From Tubiluchus corallicola (taxonomy: Eukaryota > Animalia > Priapulida), in the NCBI GenBank assembly GCA_030141605.1, contig JAQGDQ010001063.1, forward strand, positions 1 through 64,000: a stretch of 64,000 nucleotides of DNA, in the 5' to 3' direction. The notes under the pieces are model-generated. The model did no database searches and was not told where the DNA came from. It saw only the letters and a program-made list of their open reading frames with translations. The position numbers and the translations under genes were made by a program. The stretch's first letter is position 1. Every line of letters starts with the position of its first letter. This document shows positions 51,457 to 64,000 of the stretch, one piece after another.

Positions 51457-51584
51457 GCATGACAAGAGACGAAAACAGCCAATCGTCTGACGGGGTTCCA
51501 GGGACTGAAACAGAAGAGACTGTTGGTAGCTGTAAACCTGTAGATGTACTTCTGCTTGAACCTCTCCGCAATCACACAAAACGT
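51457..51584 (-). CDS. Nav2: Voltage-gated sodium channel alpha subunit (Nav2/DSC1-like), N-terminal exon: TFCVIAERFKQKYIYRFTATNSLFCFSPWNPVRRLAVFVSCH(A)
   Basis: Minus strand ttttacag|ACG TTT TGT ... CAT GC|gtatcctttt; 128 nt, phase 0 to 2. Matches the Nav N-terminal motif TF.V....IYRF.AT..L..F.P.NP.RR. Splices in frame to the 36640 exon. Nav2 rather than Nav1 is inferred from recalled similarity to DSC1/NaCP60E; the selectivity filter is not in the window. Confidence 0.93.
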
Positions 51585-51761
51585 CTGTAAAAAAACAATT
51601 TAAACAAATTTAAACTATTGTTTCAAATGATTTAACTTGGTTCAATGGCCCAGGAATATAACTTGTCCTCTAGCGCACAGTGTGGTCATGTGATCTGCGT
51701 AGTATGCACTGTTCTAGGAAGACAATTCTAAGAATTGCTGATTTCATGTATTTGTTTTTAG

Positions 51762-51893
51762 TGCTGTTGTTGTTGTTGTTGTTGTTGTTGTTGCTGCTGC
51801 TATTACTGTAGCTGCTGCAGCTGTTGTTGTTGTTGTTGTCAATGCTGCTGTTGCTGTAGCTGTTGTTGTTGTTGTTACTGCAGTTGCTGTTGC

Positions 51894-51939
<46 letters not shown>

Positions 51940-52270
51940 ACTGTTGCTGCTCTGCTGTTGCTGCTGTAGCTGTTGTTGTTGTTGTTGTAGCTGCAGCTGC
52001 AGCTGCTGCAACTGTTGTTGTTGTTGTTGTTGTTGTCACTGCTGCTGTTGCTGTAGCTATTGTAGCTGTTGTTGTTGTTGTTGTTGTCACTGCTGCTGTT
52101 GTTGCTGCTGTTGTTGATGTTGCTGTCGCTGTTGTTGTCGCTGTTGTTGTTGCTGCTGCTGTCGCTGCTGCTGTTGTTGCTGTTGCTGCTCTGCTGCTGT
52201 TGTTGCTGTTGTTGTTGTTGCTGCTGCTGTTGTAGTAGTAAGAGTAGTTGTTGTTGTTGTTGTTGTTGTC
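51762..52270. repeat. (TTG/CTG)n microsatellite
   Basis: Direct reading; accounts for the poly-Q/N/L/C ORFs. Confidence 0.95.
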
Positions 52271-53177
52271 ATTAATGTGATTCAACAAAATTGAACAAAC
52301 TTCAGCACTATAAGAACAATAGCGCACATTACATGTTACAACTTACAGATATCATCAAAGTCAAGGTCATCCAATTAAAAATGCAAACATTTTTGCTCCA
52401 GTGTGGCATATAACGTGCTAAATTAATAACAGGGAAATGAAGTAGATATGGTGGAAAATGTGGATGAGTCAAACGTCATCAAAACGACTTGTTTCACAAA
52501 TGTTCAAAAACAAAAAACGTAAAATTTAAGAGACACAAATCAGCAATTATTTCATTTCATTCAGTAACCTCTAAGTTAAGTCACCCACATCGTATTAAGA
52601 CACATCATAAATTATGTGAGATCAAGATCGTCAAATCGGACCCAGGAGAATAAAACTATCCACATGACGAAGTTTGGTAGTCACTAAATGTCTTTACTCA
52701 AAGAATGCAAAATAAAACCAAAACTAGGGCAGTGGCCAATAGCTTTTACTTGACCAATAGACTCTAGAGACATATTTTAAATCAGTTATTTAAATATGTG
52801 TAACACATAAACAAATGAAATAGTCACAGTGCAACAATGTATATGCTGTATTACTATCAGTCAACAAGATTACCCTAGTTTCAGCAAATAATCACTCGAA
52901 GATATTAATGAGGAGGCTGGTTTCTTGGCTAGATTATTTGAGAAGCTGATGCATGATTTCTAAGGGCAATTAAGGCAGCCATAAAGGCATCGAATCAGCA
53001 ATCCGAGGTTCCAATCAGTTGTAATCTTGAGACTAAATCATCAGCATAATCCTAGTAGTGATTGCCACTGCTTGATGCCATTACAATGCAGTTCTTATTT
53101 TCACTATTTTAGTTTTAGGAAGTTCTAAACAAGTGACTAATAAAACTTGGGTTTAATTTGTGCCAAATTGTTTAAAT

Positions 53178-53575
53178 TGGACGATTGTTTAGAGTCAATC
53201 ACATTTTAATTTACTGCCCAAAGTATACATTTTCTTGTCTAGAAAAGTTAGCATAGAAAGTAAACAAACGGCAACCGGACACAGCCATTGCTTACGTCAG
53301 AAACTAACTAACCACAGTTTGGGCAATGGCAGGCATCTCCCCTTGCGCGTCAAGCACGTTTGCGCGAGTGTTACAGTACTGCTTAAGCGCGTGATGTCAC
53401 AAAAATGGGCTCTACATCATATGACGTCAGAAACTAACACCGCAGCTCATGATCATGGTTATCACGGTACCGCCTTCTATTTGTCGGCCGCGTGCATGTG
53501 ACAAAAAGGCGCCGTTGGCAATCTTAGTAGATTCACTGAGCCCTGAGTAGCTTTGAAAGTTTAACAAAATTTGAA
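53178..53575 (-). mobile_element. Kolobok-like family B, partial reverse copy
   Basis: ggacgattgtttag...cccttgcgcgtcaagcacgtttgcg...ctttgaaagtttaacaaaatttga is the reverse complement of about 45575-45990. Confidence 0.75.
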
Positions 53576-53705
53576 AAAACACATGACAAGCTGATCACTC
53601 GGATTTATAAGGTAAAACACGTGTGTCTGATATGGGAGACACCATATTCCAGGAAGTCTCGATAAAATACTTTATTTGACTAATTTGAGAAACAAGAAAG
53701 AAGCA

Positions 53706-54217
53706 GAACCAAAATTTGAACCAATGTCTTTCAGCATGTAAGCAATATTGTTGAACCAAAGTTTGAACCAATGTCTTTCAGCATGTAAGCAATATTGTTG
53801 AACCAAAGTTTGAACCAATGTCTTTCAGCATGTAAGCAATATTGAACCAAAGTTTGAACCAATGTCTTTCGGCATGTAAGCAATATTGTTGAACCAAAGT
53901 TTGAACCAATGTCTTTCAGCATGTAAGCAATATTGTTAAACCAAAGTTTGAACCAATGTCTTTCAGCATGTAAGCAATATTGTTGAACCAAAGTTTGAAC
54001 CAATGTCTTTCAGCATGTAAGCAATATTGTTGAACCAAAGTTTGAACCAATGTCTTTCAGCATGTAAGCAATATTGTTGAACCAAAGTTTGAACCAATGT
54101 CTTTCAGCATGTAAGCAATATTGTTGAACCAAAGTTTGAACCAATGTCTTTCAGCATGTAAGCAATATTGTTGAACCAAAGTTTGAACCAATGTCTTTCA
54201 GCATGTAAGCAATATTG
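53706..54217. repeat. 47-bp minisatellite (about 11 copies)
   Basis: Unit gaaccaaagtttgaaccaatgtctttcagcatgtaagcaatattgtt. Confidence 0.95.
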
Positions 54218-54444
54218 CTGTATGAGACTGTAGCTCCCAAATGGGGTTTCGAAGTAAATGCAGAGCTGTGAGTTGAAAAAAACATTCCAGCATAGGATAC
54301 TTTCAATGATACATGTTACTTCCCTACAACAGTTCATCGACAGCTCCCAAAAGTCCTTGTCATTGACCACAGTGACGTTTTCCCTTGCCTCGAAGACTGA
54401 CCAGTTAGAGTAATTTTGTTGAGTGTTGCATTCTGTATGGGCAC

Positions 54445-54838
54445 TAGGGGTGAGCATCGAACGTTCGAGTTCGATTCGAACGAGTTTTTTTAGTTCGAAC
54501 TCAACTCGAACCTAAAACTGTAGATTCGAATAATTCAGCACTTCGATCACGTGTTCTTTATCACTAAAACGATTGAAACATCATGCAATTAGCATAATTT
54601 AGCTGTGATTTCTGTGCACAATTGTAAACAAATTACTAGTCGTTTTATTGCAGAACAAAATCTAGTGATATGCATGATCTTTGTAAGACTAATTTTTGCT
54701 GGTGGTTCGAAAACTTGTTCGAAAATCTTTCAATCTCAATTCGAATTCGAAACACTGAAGTTCGGTTCGATTCGAATTCGAAAGTCACAAATTCGGTTCG
54801 ATTCGAATTCGCTTTCTGGTAGAGAATGCTCACCCCTA
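54445..54838 (+). mobile_element. hAT-like MITE (TTCGAA-rich), copy 2
   Basis: TIRs taggggtgagcat and atgctcaccccta; 8-bp TSD atgggcac; highly similar to 34777-35156. Confidence 0.9.
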
Positions 54839-55085
54839 ATGGGCACTCTACTATACTTCTCGCCTACCGGAACAGAATCGTCTATTCGATCTCAAACAAC
54901 TACTCCACGTACCTAGGAGCATTGCCCGACGGGTTAAGTAAGTACAATGGATTTAATTACTGCCTCATATAATCAAATATTAACACTGGATCAGTGGGCT
55001 GGAAACATATGTTTACTTATGCACTTGATTAAAATCATAGTGAAGCCGAGTCGTTCAATTAAGTAGTTACTAATCATTCGTCGTG

Positions 55086-55179
55086 AGCCTATGGAGGAAG
55101 TGCTGCAGCGCTGAGTGTACGCTGAAGAAGCCAGCCTATGGAGGAAGTGCTGCAGCGTTGAGTGTACGCTGAAGAAGCC
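55086..55179. repeat. 47-bp tandem duplication
   Basis: agcctatggaggaagtgctgcagcg(c/t)tgagtgtacgctgaagaagcc twice. Confidence 0.9.
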
Positions 55180-55831
55180 TTTCTGTCCATGTGTGTATTG
55201 TACAAATCGGTGAAAACAGAACGATGTGTGACGTAGGATATTTTTATGAAGCTTTGCTATGCGGTTATAGATAAAAGTTCTTCAATGCTGCACCTGCTAA
55301 TACCTCTGTTTCGGCACCTAATGTGCCAACGGGGATTTGTTTAATGCAACAAGAAAGATTTTATTTACAATATTTATTGCACTCTGGTTTCAAATGCACT
55401 TCTATGCAAGCATAGTTGTGATGTATATTCGTGAGACACTGATATTGATTTTTGGTTGTTAAAGAACAACACTCAGCCGTTAGTATCGATTTTTGGTTGT
55501 TAAAGAACAACACCTAGCCGTTATGAACTATATGTATTATACAAATCTGTTTAAAATGGCTTTCTAGAAAATAAATTTATTAGTTCAGTCCGTAACTCAA
55601 TCAAGTCAAGTTCAATCAGTTGGAGAACCATCAGCGAGTAGTCTGTTTGTCAGTCAATCACTCAGCCATTCAATCAGTTTGTCCAACTTTCAGTTAGAAA
55701 GTCAACCAGCCAGTCAGTCAGTTAGCTAAGCATCCACCCAGCCTGTCAATGATTTAATCTGTAAGTGGTTCCGGCTATCAATCAATCAAATAAGAAATAT
55801 ACTGATAGTAAACGAGTAGCAACATGAAAAA

Positions 55832-56372
55832 TAAATGAACGAATGAATGAATGAATGAATGGATGAATGAATGAATGCACTGATGAATGCGTGCATGAAT
55901 AAATGAGTAAATTAGTGAATGAATGAATGAACAAGCGAATGAATGACGGAATGTATGAATGAACGAACGAATGAATGAGAGTGAATGAATGAAAAAATGA
56001 ATGAATGAACGAATGAATGAATGGATGAATGAATGAATGAATGAATGAATTAATTAATTAATGGATGAATGAACGAATGAATGAAAAAATAAACGAATGA
56101 ATTGATGGATCGATGGATGAATAAATGAATGGATGAATAAATGAATGGATGAATAAATGAACGAATGAACGAACGAACGAACGAACGAGTGAATGAATGA
56201 ATGAATGAACGAACGAACGAACGAACGAACGAGTGAATGAATGAATGAATGAATGAACGAACGAACGAACGAACGAACGAACGAACGAACGAACGAACAA
56301 ACGAACGAACGAACGAACGAACGAACGAACGAATGGAATGACAGAAAGGGATAAACGAATAAGTGAACGAAA
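55832..56372. repeat. (GAAT/GAAC)n tetranucleotide repeat
   Basis: Direct reading. Confidence 0.95.
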
Positions 56373-56580
56373 GAACAGTGTCACTCTTACGCCTCTAGTT
56401 TCCAACACGTGATTAAAGCCTTAGTCCTTCGTCCTCACAATTACTGATTATCGACCAACAATTAATTAACGTTTTACGCATGTCAGAATTGACTGGACTA
56501 AGATGAGAGCTCTAAGCCTATCTAATTACTGTTCGTTTATTCTGAGTTGAACAGTATTGAAAGCAATGTTAGAAAATTGT

Positions 56581-57693
56581 AGAAATGGACAAATATTTTC
56601 ATGAGAAAATTAACTGACAAAAACTTGCAACATCAAAACGTTCAGTTCTGGTGGTCAGCAAGAAATGGACAAAAATTTTAATGAAAAAATTAACTGAGAA
56701 AAACTTGCAACATCAAAACATTCAGTTCTGGTGGTCAGCAAGAAATGGACAAAAATTTTAATGAGAAAATTAACTGACAAAAACTTGCAACATCAAAACG
56801 TTCAGTTCTGGTAGTCAGCAAGAAATGGACAAAAATTTTAATGAGAAAATTAACTGACAAAAACTTGCAACATCAAAACGTTCAGTTCTGGTGGTCAGCA
56901 AGAAATGGACAAAAATTTTAATGAGAAAATTAACTGACAAAAACTTGCAACATCAAAACGTTCAGTTCTGGTAGTCAGCAAGAAATGGACAAAAATTTTA
57001 ATGAGAAAATTAACTGACAAAAACTTGCAACATCAAAACGTTCAGTTCTGGTGGTCAGCAAGAAATGGACAAAAATTTTAATGAGAAAATTAACTGACAA
57101 AAACTTGCAACATCAAAACGTTCAGTTCTGGTGGTCAGCAAGAAATGGACAAAAATTTTAATGAGAAAATTAACTGACAAAAACTTGTAACATCAAAACG
57201 CTCAGTTCTGGTGGTCAGCAAGAAATGGACAAAAATTTTAATGAGAAAATTAACTGACAAAAACTTGTAACATCAAAACGTTCAGTTCTGGTGGTCAGCA
57301 AGAAATGGACAAAAATTTTAATGAGAAAATTAACTGACAAAAACTTGTAACATCAAAACGTTCAGTTCTGGTGGTCAGCAAGAAATGGCCAAAAATTTTA
57401 ATGAGAAAATTAACTGACAAAAACCTGCAACATCAAAACGTTCAGTTCTGGTGGTCAGCAAGAAATGGACAAATATTTTAATGAGAAAATTAACTGACAA
57501 AAACTTGCAACATCAAAACGTTCAGTTTTGGTGGTCAGCAAGAAATGGACAAAAATTTTAATGAGAAAATTAACTGACAAAAACTTGCAACATCAAAACG
57601 TTCAGTTCTGGTGGTCAGCAAGAAATGGACAAAAATTTTAATGAGAAAATTAACTGCCAAAAACTTGCAACATCAAAACGTTCAGTTCTGGTG
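56581..57693. repeat. 80-bp minisatellite (about 14 copies)
   Basis: agaaatggac recurs every 80 nt. Confidence 0.97.
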
Positions 57694-57907
57694 ATCATCG
57701 AATTAATTACAACAAGGGGAATCTTCGAATCTAATGAAGAATGTTTAGGTTAAGTATTGTTCAACACAAACCGTAGTGGGTTATTAATTCCGTCTTCAAC
57801 AATTATTATAGTGACAGTTTTGAATTGAAATTTGTACAGTTAGATAGTATACGTACATCACTATGTATAGTATCGTATAATATCACTGTAATAATTGTAT
57901 ACGTACG

Positions 57908-58367
57908 GAATGAGTCGGTAAGACTTAAAGGTAAAGTCCACAAAGAAGTGGTCAGACCCGCTCTAATCTATGGGCTGGAAGCAGCTTCTCTAAAGAAGAC
58001 CGAAGAGAAGAAAATGGGTGTGGTAGGGATGAGGATGTTGAGATGGATGGTGGGAATAACAAGAAGAGATAAAATTAGAAATAATAATATCAGAGGAACA
58101 GTAAAAGTAGTGGAAGCCTCGCAAGATTGCGATGGTATGGACACCTGTAAGGAAGAGTCGGTGAAGATCATGTGGGAAGGGAGGTCATGGAAATGGAAGT
58201 GCTGGGAAATAGAAGAAGAGGACGACCCAAGCGGAGATGGATTGAATGTACTAATGGAGACCTTAGAGAGAAGAACATAAATGAAGAGATGGTCAACAAC
58301 AGGAATGCGTGGAGAAGACTCATTCACAACGGCGACCCCGCATAGGGAAAAGCTGGGAAGAAGAAGA
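57908..58367 (+). mobile_element. RTE-clade LINE 3' fragment, copy 2
   Basis: Near-identical to 43623-44005; ends ggcgaccccgcatagggaaaagctgggaagaagaag; flanked by gtatacgtac repeats. Confidence 0.85.
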
Positions 58368-59242
58368 GATAGTATACGTACAGTCAGTTCAAAATAAGTG
58401 GTTGAAGATGAGCAAATTTAATACAAAACGTCTTGAATAATTAATCCAATAAAACCTGCTTACAAGATGTCAGCACTCGAAGTTCCAAGTACGTTTATAA
58501 GCTTCTGCTTCCTGGAGCACCACCATTGGCTCCATAAACGGGATTCGTAGTTAAGTAAAAACTACATCAATCATAAAATCAAAATACGTTGCAACCGTCA
58601 CAAATGAAGCCAGTCTGCATGTTTGCCTGTCTTTCGGTTGCGGTTCTGTTCGAAGTAAAACGACAAATTCTCTAAATCAACACAGTCAGCGCACCATCCG
58701 GAATGCTCCATCCGGAAGAGAAAAGGGATGATGAAGAAATCTGGTGTTTTATGAAGTTATGAACTACAGCTGCTGCCCACATTAGAAACATACATAAAAA
58801 GTAAAGCCTAAAAGCGCGAGTTTATCGGTTCAGCCAGCGTTTTCCTCAAGGGACACAAGGTGCACAGCCGAATGGTCATGGCAAAACTTTCCATACAAAG
58901 CTTAGTGTTACGTTTACTGTTACTGCTTGACACACACGTAACTGAAATAGAGAATTCTTAGTTACTTAAAATGTTTGTGCCAACTGGTAAAACGTAACTG
59001 GTTCACTATCCCAGTGTGCACCAAAAAAACGTCACTGGTTGAATTTGGCTCATCAAAAACATATAATTTATCTTACTGACAAAATAAAGTAATTTACATA
59101 TTCAGTGAAGTTGCGCTACGAATGCTTTGGTCATTTTTTCGAACTTTATGCAACGTTATTTGAACAGGCTTAAATTTCTTACGCTACTGACTGATTTCTG
59201 CGCTAAACTGTCAACGTGAGAGTTTAAATTTCATCGAAGTTT

Positions 59243-59695
59243 TAAACGACGTTTACAAGACGTCCGGAATGCGTCATGCGTTATCCATGTGCGGAATGCG
59301 TCATGCGTTATCCATGTGCGGAATGCGTCATGCGTTATCCATCCCGGAATGCGTCATGCGTTATCCATCTGCGGAATGCGTCATGCGTTATCCATCTGCG
59401 GAATGCGTCATGCGTTATCCATCCCGGAATGCGTCATGCGTTATCCATGTGCGGAATGCGTCATGCGTTATCCATGTGCGGAATGCGTCATGCGTTATCC
59501 ATCTGCGGAAGAGCTGCGCATAAAAAATCAACAGAAAATAACTGCAGAAAAAATAACACATAACGCATGTCTCGGAAACGGATGCATTGAAAACAACATA
59601 AACCGATTTTATCCATTCCGCAGCCGCATAACGCATACGCATTCCTTAAACGCATACGCATACGCATTCCTTACGTCTGGTGAACGCAACTTTAA
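59243..59695. mobile_element. MITE (PIF/Harbinger-like) containing a 26/27-bp minisatellite (59265-59510)
   Basis: Left end taa-acgacgtttacaagacgtccggaatgcg resembles the reverse complement of the right end, taa-agttgcgttcaccagacgtaaggaatgcg. Internal unit cggaatgcgtcatgcgttatccat(gtg/ctg/cc). Confidence 0.55.
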
Positions 59696-60409
59696 TGCTA
59701 ATACAATCTATGTATAACAATAAGACAATGTATGTGATGTAAAATTTCAAACGATTTCTTCAAGAATATTATAATATTTCATTTAAGAATTATTCCGAAA
59801 CTAGCTAACGAATGGACGAGGTTATAGCGACACGCAAACCACATAATTAAGTTTAGTACAATCATTACAATCATTACAATCACTACAATCATTACAATCG
59901 CAAAGTCATTATCAATATAGCTGTGCGCTTGCAATCTTGCTGAACAAGTTACGAAAGATACTTATCAGTCAAGATTGTACATAAGACAAGACCCTTAAGC
60001 TGTGCAGTCTTGCCACTGAAGCCAGAGCTGAAGATAATGTTTAATTTATGTTGTAAGCTGCTTCACAAGCCGTTATTTATTGCTGAGCTGAAGGTTTTAG
60101 GCTCGTTGCAAATTGAGAAAAATGTTCAAAAACTAGAAGAAAAAACAAAATGTCGCCGTGACGTTTTGAGACTAGCGCTGGTGCGATGATGAAACCAGTG
60201 GATAAAGTTGACTTGGTAAATTTACTGATATAAAAACGTAATTTTACAATTTACCAGCCATGTTTACTGGGTAAGTTTTTGAAGCACCGAGTTCAATTAC
60301 ACAACACTACCTAGTTTGTTGGTTTGTGATTATTCCAACTACTATATTATTATTAAGCCATTAAGGCCTACAGCCTATGTGTTTGTAGCGTGTAAGTCAG
60401 CAATTCACT

Positions 60410-60630
60410 AATTAGTGATTATTGATTAGCTGACTATTTGATTCACTAATTAACTCATTGATCGGCTGGCTGATTTACTTATTGATTAATTCACTTAACT
60501 GATTGGTTGACTGACTGCCTGAGTGACTGACTAAATTACTGATTGATGGATTGACTGAGTGGCTGATTGATTAATTAGTTGATTGAGTCGATAACTGACT
60601 GACTGATTGGCTTGACTGATTGATTGACTG
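60410..60630. repeat. Degenerate (TGAT/TGAC)n repeat
   Basis: Direct reading. Confidence 0.8.
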
Positions 60631-61159
60631 GCCGGTTTCAAGATAAATCGGGCTGCTTGACTGGCTAATTCGTTAACTGAATGACGTTTTATTCCCCCAG
60701 CCAGGTCATATACGTTTTAATGCAACAGCTACCCAATTTTACAACACAGTTGTAAACAGGTTTATAACTTATAAATTTATGCAGTTTTTCCAAGCACGTC
60801 GAGTACTGGCGAAGCTGGCAAAAATAAATCTGACAGGTGGCAGCACCAGTAAACATTGTCTGCTCTATAAATTCAGCAGTTGGTATTAAATTAAGAACAT
60901 CCGACATCCTTTACACAGTTCAAGAAAATATTCTCATACAAATATTTGGACGTTATAAATCCGAGCACGTGCCGCCCAGATACGTGGACATGGGTCAGTC
61001 AAAACTGCCCCACACAAAATTAAGAAGTCTTACATTTCTAACGGGTGACACCTGTCCCGTTATTATAACTACTACCAAATTTAAAGTTTAGCCATTTCAA
61101 ATTTTGGCATGGCCACTCAAACACTTCTTGACCGATGAAGAAAATCATCTAATTGTCAA

Positions 61160-64000
61160 CACGTTTACTGCATCAACTAGCAACTGCAAAGTACTAATGT
61201 GCAAAACACGTATGCTGCATGAACTAGCAACTACGAAGTACTAATGTGCAAAACACGTGCTGCATGAACTAGCAACTACAAAGTACTAATGTACAAAACA
61301 CGTACTGCATGAACTAGCAGCTACGAAGTACTAATGTGCAAAACACGTGCTGCATGAACTAGCAACTACGAAGTACTAATGTGCAAAACACGTGCTGCAT
61401 GAACTAGCAACTACAAAGTACTAATGTGCAAAACACGTGCTGCACGAACTAGCAACTACGAAGTACTAATGTGCAAAACACGTGCTGCATGAACTAGCAA
61501 CTACGAAGTACTAATGTACAAAACACGTGCTGCATGAACTAGCAACAACGAAGTACTAATGTGCAAAACACGTGCTGCATGAACTAGCAACTACGAAGTA
61601 CTAATGTACAAAACACGTGCTGCATGAACTAGCAACAACGAAGTACTAATGTACAAAACACGTATGCTGCATGAACTAGCAACTACGAAGTACTAATGTG
61701 CAAAACACGTGTTGCATGAACTAGCAACTACGAAGTACTAATGTGCAAAACACGTGCTGCATGAACTAGCAACTACGAAGTACTAATGTACAAAACACGT
61801 ACTGCATGAACTAGCAACTACAAAGTACTAATGTACAAAACACGTATGCTGCATGAACTAGCAACTACGAAGTACTAATGTGCAAAACACGTGCTGCATG
61901 AACTAGCAACTACGAAGTACTAATGTACAAAACACGTGCTGCATGAACTAGCAACAACGAAGTACTAATGTACAAAACACGTATGCTGCATGAACTAGCA
62001 ACTACGAAGTACTAATGTGCAAAACACGTGCTGCATGAACTAGCAACTACGAAGTACTAATGTACAAAACACGTGCTGCATGAACTAGCAACAACGAAGT
62101 ACTAATGTACAAAACACGTATGCTGCATGAACTAGCAACTACGAAGTACTAATGTGCAAAACACGTGCTGCATGAACTAGCAACTACAAAGTACTAATGT
62201 ACAAAACACGTACTGCATGAACTAGCAACTACGAAGTACTAATGTACAAAACACGTACTGCATGAACTAGCAACTACAAAGTACTAATGTACAAAACACG
62301 TATGCTGCATGAACTAGCAACTACGAAGTACTAATGTGCAAAACACGTGCTGCATGAACTAGCAACTACAAAGTACTAATGTACAAAACACGTACTGCAT
62401 GAACTAGCAACTACGAAGTACTAATGTACAAAACACGTGCTGCATGAACTAGCAACTACGAAGTACTAATGTGCAAAACACGTATGCTGCATGAACTAGC
62501 AACTACGAAGTACTAATGTGCAAAACACGTGCTGCATGAACTAGCAACTACGAAGTACTAATGTACAAAACACGTACTGCATGAACTAGCAACTACGAAG
62601 TACTAATGTGCAAAACACGTGCTGCATGAACTAGCAACTACGAAGTACTAATGTGCAAAACACGTGCTGCATGAACTAGCAACTACGAAGTACTAATGTG
62701 CAAAACACGTGCTGCATGAACTAGCAACTACGAAGTACTAATGTACAAAACACGTGCTGCATGAACTAGCAACTACGAAGTACTAATGTGCAAAACACGT
62801 GCTGCATGAACTAGCAACTACGAAGTACTAATGTACAAAACACGTGCTGCATGAACTAGCAACTACGAAGTACTAATGTGCAAAACACGTGCTGCATGAA
62901 CTAGTAACTACGAAGTACTAATGTGCAAAACACGTGCTGCACGAACTAGCAACTACAAAGTACTAATGTGCAAAACACGTATGCTGCACGAACTAGCAAC
63001 TACGAAGTACTAATGTACAAAACACGTGCTGCATGAACTAGCAACTACGAAGTACTAATGTGCAAAACGCGTGCTGCACGAACTAGCAACTACGAAGTAC
63101 TAATGTGCAAAACACGTGCTGCATGAACTAGCAACTACAAAGTACTAATGTACAAAACACGTACTGCATGAACTAGCAACTACGAAGTACTAATGTGCAA
63201 AACACGTGCTGCATGAACTAGCAACTACAAAGTACTAATGTGCAAAACACGTGCTGCATGAACTAGCAACTACGAAGTACTAATGTGCAAAACACGTGCT
63301 GCATGAACTAGCAACTACGAAGTACTAATGTACAAAACACGTGTTGCATGAACTAGCAACTACAAAGTACTAATGTACAAAACACGTGCTGCATGAACTA
63401 GCAACTACGAAGTACTAATGTACAAAACACGTGCTGCATGAACTAGCAACTACGAAGTACTAATGTGCAAAACACGTGCTGCATGAACTAGCAACTACAA
63501 AGTACTAATGTACAAAACACGTGTTGCATGAACTAGCAACTACAAAGTACTAATGTACAAAACACGTGCTGCATGAACTAGCAACTACAAAGTACTAATG
63601 TACAAAACACGTACTGCATGAACTAGCAACTACAAAGTACTAATGTACAAAACACGTATGCTGCATGAACTAGCAACTACAAAGTACTAATGTGCAAAAC
63701 ACGTGCTGCATGAACTAGCAACTACGAAGTACTAATGTGCAAAACACGTGCTGCATGAACTAGCAACTACGAAGTACTAATGTGTAAAACACGTGCTGCA
63801 TGAACTAGCAACTACGAAGTACTAATGTGCAAAACACGTGCTGCACGAACTAGCAACTACAAAGTACTAATGTACAAAACACGTGCTGCATGAACTAGCA
63901 ACTACAAAGTACTAATGTACAAAACACGTACTGCACGAACTAGCAACTACAAAGTACTAATGTGCAAAACACGTATGCTGCACGAACTAGCAACTACGAA
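61160..64000. repeat. 45/47-bp minisatellite (about 60 copies, runs off window)
   Basis: Unit gcatgaactagcaactac(g/a)aagtactaatgt(g/a)caaaacacgt(at)gct. Confidence 0.97.

Noticed and set aside
51585-64000. First coding exon of the Nav gene (P-[LI]-E-[ED]-x-D motif)
   Set aside because: Candidates at about 54220-54440, 55260-55320, 58440-58900 and 61030-61140 showed no matching peptide; the exon probably lies beyond the window.

Overview
AT-rich animal (invertebrate-like) genomic DNA, dense in micro/minisatellites, MITEs and SINE/LINE fragments. Almost the whole window lies inside a minus-strand voltage-gated sodium channel gene (Nav2/DSC1-like) that the ORF track nearly misses. Four short exons (51584-51457, 36640-36560, 25914-25786, 6002-5896) splice in frame and encode the N-terminus and domain I S1-S4. 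One of its introns (36641-51456) is a 14.8-kb GT-AG U12-type intron. The donor of the S4 exon is amplified into a 29-bp tandem array of 21 near-identical 5' splice sites. Nested antisense in the 19.8-kb intron before the S4 exon are two tandem two-exon paralogues (8562-11438, 13615-19093). They encode TM-NIT(nitrate/nitrite-sensor-like)-TM proteins that stop after a short acidic tail with no guanylate cyclase or other output domain, and their second NIT ligand motif is altered. These cyclase-less NIT receptors inside an ion-channel gene are the best candidate for an undescribed system. Two A/C-only tracts in a 113-bp minisatellite read as the repeat unit with all G and T removed, most likely a sequencing artefact. 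Family names come from my recognition of motifs; no database searches were run.
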